From a bacterium (GTDB lineage Bacteria; UBA8248), in contig OZ241326.1 of the NCBI GenBank assembly GCA_965199855.1, positions 96,001 through 160,000 of the forward strand: DNA of 64,000 nt, read 5' to 3'. Of the stretch, positions 55,821 through 64,000 are shown piece after piece. The translations under genes were made by a program, and so were the position numbers. The notes beneath the pieces were generated by a model. That model had not been told where the DNA came from. It searched no databases and saw only the letters and a list, made by a program, of their open reading frames with translations. Each line of letters opens with the position of its first letter. Within the stretch, counting starts at the first letter, position 1.

Positions 55821-56255
55821 CTAGAAGAAGAACTTGAGGAGGCCGAAGGTGAGGGTGACGTTCAGCCCCACGATCCCCAGCGCCATGCCGAACATGAACC
55901 TTTGCGTCCGCGCCTCGAGCCGCGCGATGGAGGTCTCCATCTCGCCCCGAAGCCCCGCGATGGACGCCTCCATCTCGCCCCGAAGCCCCGCGATGGACGC
56001 CTCCACCTCGCCCCGAAGTCCCGCGATGGACGCCTCCACGTCGCTCCGAAGGCTCGCGATGGACGCCTCCAGCCCCGTCCTCACCTCCTGTATCTCGGCC
56101 TGGAGCTCGGCCTTGACCTCCTGGAGGTCGGCTTTCGTGGCGACGCTGCCGGCGACGGCGTCCTTGAAGGTATCCACGACCGCGCGCGCCTGGGACTCCT
56201 CGAAGCCCGAATCCCGGAGCGACTCCATCGCCCGGAGCGTGTCGAAGCCGATCAT
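55821..56255 (-). CDS. DUF1640/CCDC90-like coiled-coil protein with C-terminal TM helix
   Basis: FDTL....L..SGF...QA.A, ATKADL neck motif, coiled-coil stalk, hydrophobic C-terminus. Confidence 0.82.
   Translation of the reverse strand: MIGFDTLRAMESLRDSGFEESQARAVVDTFKDAVAGSVATKADLQEVKAELQAEIQEVRTGLEASIASLRSDVEASIAGLRGEVEASIAGLRGEMEASIAGLRGEMETSIARLEARTQRFMFGMALGIVGLNVTLTFGLLKFFF
55923..56071 (-). repeat. 33-bp tandem repeat (about 4.5 copies) encoding 11-aa units
   Basis: Unit CGCGATGGACGCCTCCATCTCGCCCCGAAGCCC at 55923, 55956, 55989, 56022, 56055 (partial); protein unit EASIAGLRGEM/V. Confidence 0.9.
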
Positions 56256-56543
56256 CGCCCGCCTCCTCTCCGAAAGCTTTCACGCGAGGAAAGCATACCA
56301 CGCCCCGCGCCGGACGCGAAAGCGAAAAAGAGGATGCCCCCGGACGGGTTTTGTCTCCGTAGGGGCGGCCTCTGTGGCCGCTCTCGCCTCCGCCGAGGAT
56401 TCGGGAATGCGGGCGGTTCCCGAACCGCCCCTGCGGGATTATCGCGCCCCGGCGGGCCGGGGCGTCGGAGGCGGGGGCTCCCCTGCATTTTTTCCCGGAA
56501 GCGATTATACTGCCCCCCCACTTCGCTTCCCCGGAAGGAGGAC

Positions 56544-57032
56544 ATGGTGAAAGCGAGATCATCGGACAAGCCGAAACCGGGCGGGCGGACGCGGGCCGCC
56601 GCGTGGCTCGCCGCCCTCGCCCTCGCGCTTCCGGCGTCGGCGGGGGCGCTCCCCCCCGTCTTCTCCACCCCTTCGGGAGGCGCCATCCGCGGCTACGACC
56701 CGGTGGCCTATTTCACGGAGAAGCGCCCCGTGAAGGGCGAGATGGCCTTTTCGCACGAATGGAAGGGCGCGGTCTGGCGCTTCTCGAGCGCGCGGAACCT
56801 CGCGCTGTTCCGCGCCGCGCCCGGGAAATACGCCCCGCGATACGGGGGCTACTGCGCCTACGCCGTGAGCCGGGGCTACACCGCGAGCATCGACCCCGAC
56901 GCCTGGAGAATCGTGGAGGGGAAGCTCTATCTGAACTACAGCCCGGGCGTTCAGCGGCTCTGGGAGGCGGACGTCCCCGGAAACGTCAGGCGCGCCGACC
57001 GGAACTGGCCCGGGCTCCTCGGGAAGAGGTAG
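56544..57032 (+). CDS. YHS domain-containing secreted protein (Cys form)
   Basis: SD AAGGAGG, signal peptide, AIRGYDPVAYF, PRYGGYCAYAV, GKLYLNY, ADRNWP. Confidence 0.88.
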   Translation: MVKARSSDKPKPGGRTRAAAWLAALALALPASAGALPPVFSTPSGGAIRGYDPVAYFTEKRPVKGEMAFSHEWKGAVWRFSSARNLALFRAAPGKYAPRYGGYCAYAVSRGYTASIDPDAWRIVEGKLYLNYSPGVQRLWEADVPGNVRRADRNWPGLLGKR

Positions 57033-57069
57033 CCCGCGGGCCGCGGGCGGATTCGGCGAGGCCGCGGGG

Positions 57070-57765
57070 TCACTGCGGGGACGACTCGGGGCCGCGCCTC
57101 GGGTTGCGGCCCTCCACCATGAAGATCACCGCCTCGGCGATGTTCGTCGCGTGGTCGGCGATTCGCTCCATGTATTTCGAGATGAACGTCAGGCGGGTGC
57201 TCCGGCTGATGTTGCGCGGGTTGTCGAGCATGTAGGTGAGCAGCTCGCGGAAGAGCTCCTCGTTCATGTCGTCCACCTCGTCGTCGCTCGTGATGACCCT
57301 GCGCGCCAGCCCCACGTCCTCCCTGATGAAGCTGTCCAGGCACTCGCGCAGCATCCGGCTGGCGGAGGCGGCCATGCGGGGCAGCTCGACGTAGGGCTTC
57401 AGGGGAGGCTCCTCGTTGAGCTCCAGGGCGCGCTCGCACACGTTGACGGCCAGGTCGCCCACCCGCTCGAGGTCGGAGGCGATTTTGAGGCCCGTCGTGA
57501 TGAAGCGCAGATCCCCCGCCGTCGGCTGCCGCAGCGCCATCATCTGCATGCAGAGCTCGTTCACGTCCACCTCGAGCTGGTTGACCCGCGCGTCCTCCTC
57601 GATGACGGAGCGCGCGAGGTCGGAGTCGCGCCGGGTGAGGCTCTCGATGCTCTTCGCCGTCATCATCTCCGCCTTGGCGCTCATCTCCAGAATGAGGCGG
57701 CGCAGCTCCAGAAGCTCGCTCTCGTATTCGGAGCTCGTGTGGGTTTTTCCGCTCGTGAGGGCCAA
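57070..57765 (-). CDS. phoU: Phosphate signalling protein PhoU
   Basis: QPTAGDLR, DLERVGD, ERIADHATNIAE; TTG start with GAGGAGG SD. Confidence 0.93.
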   Translation of the reverse strand: MALTSGKTHTSSEYESELLELRRLILEMSAKAEMMTAKSIESLTRRDSDLARSVIEEDARVNQLEVDVNELCMQMMALRQPTAGDLRFITTGLKIASDLERVGDLAVNVCERALELNEEPPLKPYVELPRMAASASRMLRECLDSFIREDVGLARRVITSDDEVDDMNEELFRELLTYMLDNPRNISRSTRLTFISKYMERIADHATNIAEAVIFMVEGRNPRRGPESSPQ

Positions 57766-57785
57766 TGCCGTCCTCCTCGCCGCGC

Positions 57786-58619
57786 CTAGCCGAACCTGCC
57801 GGTGATGTAGTCGGAGGTGCGGACGCGCATGGGATTCATGAAAATCTTCCTCGTCTCCCCGTACTCGATGAGCCGCCCCAGAAACATGAAGGCCGTGTTG
57901 TCCGAAACGCGGGCGGCCTGCTGCATGTTGTGCGTCACGATGACGATGGAGAAGTGCTCCTTGAGCTGGGCGATGAGATCCTCGATGCGCGCCGTGGCGA
58001 TGGGGTCGAGCGCCGAGCAGGGCTCGTCCATCAGGATGATTTCGGGCTCGGCCGCGATCGCGCGCGCGATGCACAGGCGCTGCTGCTGGCCGCCGGAGAG
58101 GCCGAGCGCGTTGTCCTGGAGGCGGTCGGACACCTCGTCCCAGAGCGCGGCGTCGCGCAGGGAGCGCTCGCAGGTCTCCTCCAGCAGGCGCCTGTCGCGC
58201 ACGCCGTCCACCCGCAGGGGATAGACGACGTTCTCGAAGACGGACATCGGGAAGGGGTTGGGCTTCTGGAACACCATGCCGAGGCGCTTGCGGAGCTCGA
58301 TGACCTCGACGCGCGGGTCGTGAATCTCGCTGCCGTCGATGAGGATGGATCCCTCGCGGCGGACGCCGTCGATGAGGTCGTTCATCCGGTTGAGCGCGCG
58401 CAGAAGGGTGGACTTCCCGCAGCCCGAGGGGCCGATGAGGGCGGTGACGAGCTCCTTCTGTATCTTCAGGCTGGCGCCGAACAGGGCCTGCTTCCCGCCG
58501 TACCAGAGGCTGAAGTCCTCGATGTCGATGACGCTCCCCCGCTCGCTCTCGACGGGATGATACGCCGTGGGCTCGAACCCGGCCTGCTGATCGGGGGCAG
58601 GCGCAGCGGTGACGGACAT
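57786..58619 (-). CDS. pstB: Phosphate ABC transporter ATPase
   Basis: [32 protein letters not shown]. Confidence 0.96.
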   Translation of the reverse strand: MSVTAAPAPDQQAGFEPTAYHPVESERGSVIDIEDFSLWYGGKQALFGASLKIQKELVTALIGPSGCGKSTLLRALNRMNDLIDGVRREGSILIDGSEIHDPRVEVIELRKRLGMVFQKPNPFPMSVFENVVYPLRVDGVRDRRLLEETCERSLRDAALWDEVSDRLQDNALGLSGGQQQRLCIARAIAAEPEIILMDEPCSALDPIATARIEDLIAQLKEHFSIVIVTHNMQQAARVSDNTAFMFLGRLIEYGETRKIFMNPMRVRTSDYITGRFG

Positions 58620-58635
58620 TTCAGGGCGTCTCCAT

Positions 58636-60462
58636 TCAGAATTGGCCTTCCACGAACTTCCGGCGAAGGCGGTTGCGCACCATGATGGCGAAGGCGTTCA
58701 TCAGGGCGATGATGGCGATGAGCAGAAGCGTCGTGACGAAGACCATGGGCTTTCCCGCCTCGGAGTTTCGGGACTGGAAGCCCACGTCGTAGATGTGGAA
58801 GCCCAGGTGCATGAAGCTCCGCTCCAGGTGCAGGAACGGAAAGAAGCCGTCGAAGGGGAGCTCGGGCGCCAGCTTCACCACCCCCACGAGCATGAGCGGG
58901 GCGACCTCGCCCGCCCCGCGCGCCATCGCCAGGATGAGGCCGGTCATGACGCCCGGCATGGCCTGGGGCAGGACGATGTTGCGGATGGTCTGCCACTTCG
59001 AGGCGCCGCAGGCCAGCGAGCCCTCCCGCATGGAGCGGGGAACGGCGGCGAGCGCCTCCTCGGTCGCCACGATGACGACGGGAACGGTGAGGAGCGCCAG
59101 CGTCAGCGACGCCCACAGGAGGCCGCCCGTCCCGAACGTCGGGCTGGGCAGCCGCTCGGGATAGAACAGCTGGTCGATGCGCGCGCCCACGGTGTAGGCG
59201 AAGAACCCGAGTCCGAACACGCCATAGACGATGGAGGGCACCCCCGCCAGGTTGTTCACGCAGATGCGCACGATGGAGACGAGCGTCCCCTGCCTGGCGT
59301 ATTCGCGCAGATACAGCGCCGTGACGACGCCGAAGGGCGCGACGAAGACGACCATGAGCAGGGTCATCATCACGGTGCCGAATATCGCCGGCAGGACGCC
59401 GCCCTCGGTGTTCGCCTCCCGGGGGTCGTCCGTCAGGAACTCCGTCCATCGGGAGAAATAGACGCCGAGCCTGCCCCCGACCGAGAGGCGGTTCGCCGGG
59501 TAGAGGCGCACCACCTCGGAGAGCCGCAGGGTCTTCTCGCGCCCGCCGATCTCCCGCAGGGTGATGGTGAACCGCGCGTCCTCCCCGTTGATCGAGGTGA
59601 TTTTTTTCTTGAGCGCGGCGAAGCCCCCGCGCATCGCCCGCGTCCGCCGCTCGAACCTCTCCTTCCCGGCGCGATGCGCCGCGCTGCCCGCGCCGTGTTC
59701 GAGCGCGGCGCGGCGCAGGGCGAGCCGCTCCTTCTCGATGTAGTAGTTGACGGCGCCTATCTCGTCCACCTCGATGGCGCGAACCGCGCGCCGGCGGGCG
59801 AGCGCCCGAGCGTGGGCGGCGTATAGTTCGTCCAGCGAGAGGCGCCCGCCCTCGACGCGGCGCGCGCCCAGCCTCAGCTCCTTGACGAAGCCGATGAAGG
59901 GGCCCCACTCCGCGCGCTCGACGAAGAAGACGTCGGGCGGCTCCTCGACGCCGGCGACCTCGTGATCCGCCGCCCATCTGAAGTCCTCGTTGTAGAGGTC
60001 GAAGTTTCCGATGCGGTAGAGGGTGCGGCCGGCGAACCCATCCGCCTCGGCGACGGCGCGGCGCGAGGCGGCGTCGAGCGCCTTCAGCTGCGCTTCGGAG
60101 GGGCGGAAGCGCTCGGAGCGAAACGGCTCGCCGGCGATGCGCCCGCCGCTCTTGAGCGTCACCACCCGCACCGGGCCCGGGTAGAACGTCACGATGCCGT
60201 TCCACAGGACGAGGGCGAGGAAGCCCGCGATCATCAGGACGCCCAGGGCGAGCGCGCCGCCCATGATCCAGACGAACGGCTCGCCCCTGGCCTTGAAGTC
60301 CATCCCCGAGCGAAGCCCGCCCCGGGAGGAGCCCTCCCTCGCCTCCGCGCTCCTCTCCCCCTCGGAAGAGGGCGGCGGCGCGCCGCTTTCGGCCCGGGGC
60401 GCCGGCGGGGGCGTCCCCGCCCCCGCGCCGCTCTTCGGCTTCTTCGGCTCTTTCGTCCTCAT
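58636..60462 (-). CDS. pstA: Phosphate ABC transporter permease PstA (long form)
   Basis: [36 protein letters not shown]. Confidence 0.93.
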   Translation of the reverse strand: MRTKEPKKPKSGAGAGTPPPAPRAESGAPPPSSEGERSAEAREGSSRGGLRSGMDFKARGEPFVWIMGGALALGVLMIAGFLALVLWNGIVTFYPGPVRVVTLKSGGRIAGEPFRSERFRPSEAQLKALDAASRRAVAEADGFAGRTLYRIGNFDLYNEDFRWAADHEVAGVEEPPDVFFVERAEWGPFIGFVKELRLGARRVEGGRLSLDELYAAHARALARRRAVRAIEVDEIGAVNYYIEKERLALRRAALEHGAGSAAHRAGKERFERRTRAMRGGFAALKKKITSINGEDARFTITLREIGGREKTLRLSEVVRLYPANRLSVGGRLGVYFSRWTEFLTDDPREANTEGGVLPAIFGTVMMTLLMVVFVAPFGVVTALYLREYARQGTLVSIVRICVNNLAGVPSIVYGVFGLGFFAYTVGARIDQLFYPERLPSPTFGTGGLLWASLTLALLTVPVVIVATEEALAAVPRSMREGSLACGASKWQTIRNIVLPQAMPGVMTGLILAMARGAGEVAPLMLVGVVKLAPELPFDGFFPFLHLERSFMHLGFHIYDVGFQSRNSEAGKPMVFVTTLLLIAIIALMNAFAIMVRNRLRRKFVEGQF

Positions 60463-60469
60463 CCCGCCC

Positions 60470-63097
60470 TCACAGCTGCGACGCGCGCTTGCGGAAGCGG
60501 AGCCGGACGACCTCCGCGATCGTGTTGACGACGAACGTCATCGAGAACAGAACGAGCGCCGCGAGGAACAGCACCCGGTAGAGCGTTCCGTCCTTGACGG
60601 CTTCGGGAAGCTCGACGGCGATGTTCGCCGAGAGCGCCCGGAGCCCCGAGAAGACGTTCCAGTCCAGCACCGGGGTGTTGCCCGCCGCCATGACGACGAT
60701 CATGGTCTCGCCCACCGCGCGGCCCATGCCGATCATGACGGCGGCGAAAATTCCGCTGGCCGCGGTGGGCAGGATGACCCAGAGCGCCGTCTGCCAGGGC
60801 GTCGCTCCGCAGGCGAGGCTCGCCGCCCGGAGGTGGCCCGGCACGGAGTCGAGCGCGTCCTCGGCGATGGTGTAGATGATCGGAATGACGGCGAAGCCCA
60901 TCGCGAAGCCCACGACGAGGGCGTTGCGCTGGACGTAGGTGTCGATGACGCCGCCGCGGGCGTCAAGGCCCAGGGCGGCGAGCGCGAGCGCCGCGGCCCA
61001 GCCCAGCAGGGCGGCGGCGGCGAGCGTCCCCGTCCAGCGGAGGAGCTCGAGCGAGGCGGCGCGCGCGTGCGGCATCCGCCTGAGCTTCCGCCTCCACGCG
61101 AAGCCCAGGAGCCGCTCGGCGCAGAAGGCGGCGGCGAGAAAGGAGACGGGCAGGAAGATGAGGAACAGCATCGGCGTCGCCAGCCCCACGTTCCCGTTCG
61201 CCCACGCCTTGAAGTCGCCGCCGAAGAAGAGGCCCTCGAAGCCCGGCGCGAGCAGGCGGCCCAGCGCGCCGCCCAGAACGATGACGAGGAACAACAGGCC
61301 GATTTTCGGAAACCCCGACAGCGGAAGGGCGGCGCGGGGCGGCATCAGCTGCCAGAGATAGGCCGAGAGCAGAAGGAGAAGCGGAATCAGCGCGAAGGCG
61401 AGGAGCACCGCGGCGATCCACGTCTCCACGACGGGCGCGAGAATCAGGGCGGCCACGAAGCCGAGCACCACCGAGGGGAGCGAGGCCATCATCTCCATCG
61501 CGGGCTTCACGACGGAGCGGATTTCGGGGCCGATGAACTCGGAGGTGAAAATCGCGCCCAGCACCGCGATGGGAATGGCGAATATCAGGGAATAGACCGT
61601 CCCCTTGATGGTTCCGAAGATCAAAGGAATGAGCGATATCTTCTCCTCGAAGGCGTCGTCTCCCGAGGAGGACTGCCAGGTGTATTCGGGTTCGGGATAC
61701 CCCTCGTACCAGACTTTTCCGAACAAGGTCTGAAAGGTCGTCTCGGGGTGCTCGGCCGAGAATCTCCAGAAGTTCACCGCGCCGCTCTGATCCGCCAGGA
61801 GGATCGCGTCGTCCCGCGGCGAGAGGCGGATGAAGCGGCGACCGCCCGCCATGCCCTTCGCGCGCAGGCGCAGGAGCGTCGCCTCGCTCGTGGAATGGCG
61901 CAGCCAAACGGCGCCTCCCTCGTCCATGGTGACGAACATCCGGCTTCTCGCGGAGGCGGAGAAGCCCGAAACGGCCGCGGCGTGCCCCTCCAGTTCGTGG
62001 GCGCGCGCCATCGCCAGCCCGTCCGGCGCCGCCGCCCCGGGCCTGCGGACGCGGAAAAAGACGTTCAGGGAGCCTCGCGAGCCTCCCGCGACGACGGCCT
62101 CCTCGCCGATGAGAAAGTGGAACGCCGTCAGCTTCTCGCCGGGGGGCAGGAGGTCCCGCTTCTCCACGAGGGAGACGGCGCCGAAGTTCCTCGCGTCGTA
62201 GCGGAAGAGCGTCCCCCTCTCGGAGCCGATATAGACCGCGTCGGCCTTCTCCGTGAGGAGGACGCCCAGGATGCGCGCCCGGCGGGGCAGGTCGGGCAGA
62301 ACCACGCTCTCCACGGACGAGGTGGAGAGGCCCGTGAGGAGGTTCACCCGCGTCTGCGTGAGGCTCAGGCGCGCCACGCCCCCGGCGTCCACCGTGGCGA
62401 AGGAGATGCTCGGGCGCTCGGGCGTCCCGCCCACCTTGTAGTCCAGCCTGAGGATGGGCGTCCCCGGCGGCGCCGCCTGCTGCGGCGCGCCCAGATCCGC
62501 CTCCACCCAGACCCTGCGCATCTGATCGCCGGGAATCCTCGAGAAGACGGAGCGGCCGTCGCTCAGGTCGCGATCGTCGATTCCGGCGAGGCCCGCGGGC
62601 GCCCGCCCGGCGGGCAGGACTTTCGAGCGGAACCGGATTTTGCCGAAGCGGACCGTTCCGTCCGCGAAGCCGAAGGCCGCGTTGCCGCCCTTGAGCGTAC
62701 GCGCGAAGGCGGTCGCCCGCGTCCCCCCGAAGTCGAGTTTGAGCGGCTTGAGCGGCCTTCCCGTCGACGCGTGCGCGGGCGTCAGGGTACCGTCCGCCGA
62801 GACGAGGACGGCCACGCTGTTGTAGTCGTCCACCTCGACGCTCAGGAGGGGGCTTTTCGGAGGCGCGACCCGGAAGGAGGCCGAGCCGGTCAGCGACTCG
62901 CCGGCGAACAGGGGAAGGGCCACGGCGACCAGAAACACCATGATGCCCAGGACGGCCAGAATGACGAACAGCCCGCCGACGGCGATGACGCGGCCGGCGA
63001 GCCTGTCGATGACGCGGACGGAGCGCCTCGCGCCCGGGTCGCGGCGGCGCCCGCCCCGTCCCTCGCCGTCCCCCCGTGAGGCCCGCCGCTCGCTCAT
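60470..63097 (-). CDS. pstC: Phosphate ABC transporter permease PstC with large beta-rich extracytoplasmic insert
   Basis: YTWQSS, PLIFGTIK, LPSVVLG, GRAVGETM, NIAVELPEA. Confidence 0.92.
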   Translation of the reverse strand: MSERRASRGDGEGRGGRRRDPGARRSVRVIDRLAGRVIAVGGLFVILAVLGIMVFLVAVALPLFAGESLTGSASFRVAPPKSPLLSVEVDDYNSVAVLVSADGTLTPAHASTGRPLKPLKLDFGGTRATAFARTLKGGNAAFGFADGTVRFGKIRFRSKVLPAGRAPAGLAGIDDRDLSDGRSVFSRIPGDQMRRVWVEADLGAPQQAAPPGTPILRLDYKVGGTPERPSISFATVDAGGVARLSLTQTRVNLLTGLSTSSVESVVLPDLPRRARILGVLLTEKADAVYIGSERGTLFRYDARNFGAVSLVEKRDLLPPGEKLTAFHFLIGEEAVVAGGSRGSLNVFFRVRRPGAAAPDGLAMARAHELEGHAAAVSGFSASARSRMFVTMDEGGAVWLRHSTSEATLLRLRAKGMAGGRRFIRLSPRDDAILLADQSGAVNFWRFSAEHPETTFQTLFGKVWYEGYPEPEYTWQSSSGDDAFEEKISLIPLIFGTIKGTVYSLIFAIPIAVLGAIFTSEFIGPEIRSVVKPAMEMMASLPSVVLGFVAALILAPVVETWIAAVLLAFALIPLLLLLSAYLWQLMPPRAALPLSGFPKIGLLFLVIVLGGALGRLLAPGFEGLFFGGDFKAWANGNVGLATPMLFLIFLPVSFLAAAFCAERLLGFAWRRKLRRMPHARAASLELLRWTGTLAAAALLGWAAALALAALGLDARGGVIDTYVQRNALVVGFAMGFAVIPIIYTIAEDALDSVPGHLRAASLACGATPWQTALWVILPTAASGIFAAVMIGMGRAVGETMIVVMAAGNTPVLDWNVFSGLRALSANIAVELPEAVKDGTLYRVLFLAALVLFSMTFVVNTIAEVVRLRFRKRASQL

Positions 63098-63133
63098 GTC
63101 TCCCGCTTTCGGCGCGCCGGAACGGAAGCGGCT

Positions 63134-64000
63134 CTAGTTGCTGCCCAGCCCGAGGGAGAGCGCCCCCAGGTCCTGCTGGGCGATGGCCGCGTTCACCGGG
63201 AAGAAGCCCGCCTTGATGACCGCCTGCTGGCCGGCCTTCGAGAAAATGTACTTGATGAACTCGGCCCGCAGGGGATCGAGGGCGCGGTTCGGGTTCTTGT
63301 TGACGTAGACGTAGAGGAAGCGCGCGATCGGGTAGTTGCCGGCGTAGGCTTCCTTCGCGCCGGGCTCGTAGCAGGTCGCGCCCGCCTTCTTGGAGATCGG
63401 CAGCGCGATGACGTCCGCCGTCTTGTAGCCGATGCCGGAGTAGCCGATGGCGAACTTGTCGGACGCCACGCCCTGCACCACGGCCGAGGAGCCGGGCTGC
63501 TCCTTCACGGAGTCCTTGTAGTCGCCCTTGAAGAGCGCCACCTTCTTGAAGTAGCCGTAGGTGCCCGAGGCCGAGTTGCGGCCATAGACGGAAATCGGCT
63601 TGCTCGCCCACGCGCCGGAGAGGCCGGTCCGCCCCCAGGCGTCGATGCTCGTCCTCATGCCGCCCTTGCGGGTCTTGGAGAAAATCGCGTCCACCTGCTG
63701 GAGGCTCAGGCACTTGAGGGGGTTGTCCTTGTTCGTGAAGACGGCCAGGGCGTCCACGGCGACGCGGATGCGGTCGGGCTTGTAGCCGAACCGCTTCTCG
63801 AAGGCGTCCGTCTCCTTGGACTTCATGGCGCGCGACATCGGCCCGAAGTTCGAGGTTCCGGCGATGAGGGCGGGCGGGGCGGTGGAGGAGCCCTTGCCCT
63901 CGATCTCGATCTTCACGTCCGGATAGGCGCGCTTGAAGCCCTCGGCCCAGAGCGTCATCAGGTTGTTCAGCGTGTCCGAGCCCACGGACTTCACGTTGCC
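63134..64000 (-). CDS. pstS: Phosphate-binding protein PstS (5' end outside window)
   Basis: GSDT, GKGSSTA, MSR, GRNSASGT, YPIARFLY. Confidence 0.93.
   Translation of the reverse strand, partial: GNVKSVGSDTLNNLMTLWAEGFKRAYPDVKIEIEGKGSSTAPPALIAGTSNFGPMSRAMKSKETDAFEKRFGYKPDRIRVAVDALAVFTNKDNPLKCLSLQQVDAIFSKTRKGGMRTSIDAWGRTGLSGAWASKPISVYGRNSASGTYGYFKKVALFKGDYKDSVKEQPGSSAVVQGVASDKFAIGYSGIGYKTADVIALPISKKAGATCYEPGAKEAYAGNYPIARFLYVYVNKNPNRALDPLRAEFIKYIFSKAGQQAVIKAGFFPVNAAIAQQDLGALSLGLGSN

Larger units (their letters stand above)
55782..56435. repeat. Perfect 26-bp inverted REP pair flanking the DUF1640-like gene
   Basis: CGCAGGGGCGGTTCGGGAACCGCCCG 55782-55807 is the exact reverse complement of 56410-56435; additional REP at 56359-56383. 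Confidence 0.85.

Noticed and set aside
56544-57032. Second selenoprotein (the YHS family includes Sec forms)
   Set aside because: The GGYC motif is encoded by TGC and there is no in-frame UGA.
58636-63097. Unusually long PstC and PstA as a novelty
   Set aside because: Long forms with extracytoplasmic inserts are an established variant, as in Pseudomonas-type pst operons.

Overview
This is a high-GC bacterial chromosomal segment, probably origin-proximal given a perfect parS site at 1014-1029. It is mostly housekeeping and metabolic genes: bioF, fluC, a futalosine-pathway menaquinone cluster (mqnE, mqnA, mqnC, deaminase), a CP-ATP-grasp/alpha-E/transglutaminase operon, thrB, pncA, lexA-dinB, uvrA, CoA-ligase and hydantoinase catabolic clusters, and pstSCAB-phoU. 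Accessory or hidden elements: (1) an IS1595-family element with clear terminal inverted repeats carrying a DNA methyltransferase and a small wHTH-like passenger; (2) a CMD/AhpD-like gene split in the ORF track that reads C-x-x-UGA followed by a SECIS-like hairpin, likely a selenoprotein; (3) an in-frame MqnA-amidase fusion and a membrane/ferredoxin adenylate cyclase inside the mqn cluster; (4) a lower-GC GmrSD-like gene next to an uncharacterised two-gene module that may be an ADP-ribosyltransferase-like toxin/antitoxin pair; (5) GTAG/GCAG-type REP mosaics, including a perfect 26-bp inverted REP pair enclosing a DUF1640-like repeat gene; (6) an internally deleted SDR remnant and three frameshifted genes that may be real lesions or sequencing indels. 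No tRNA, rRNA or CRISPR array was recognised. All family calls come from motif recognition by eye; no database searches were run.
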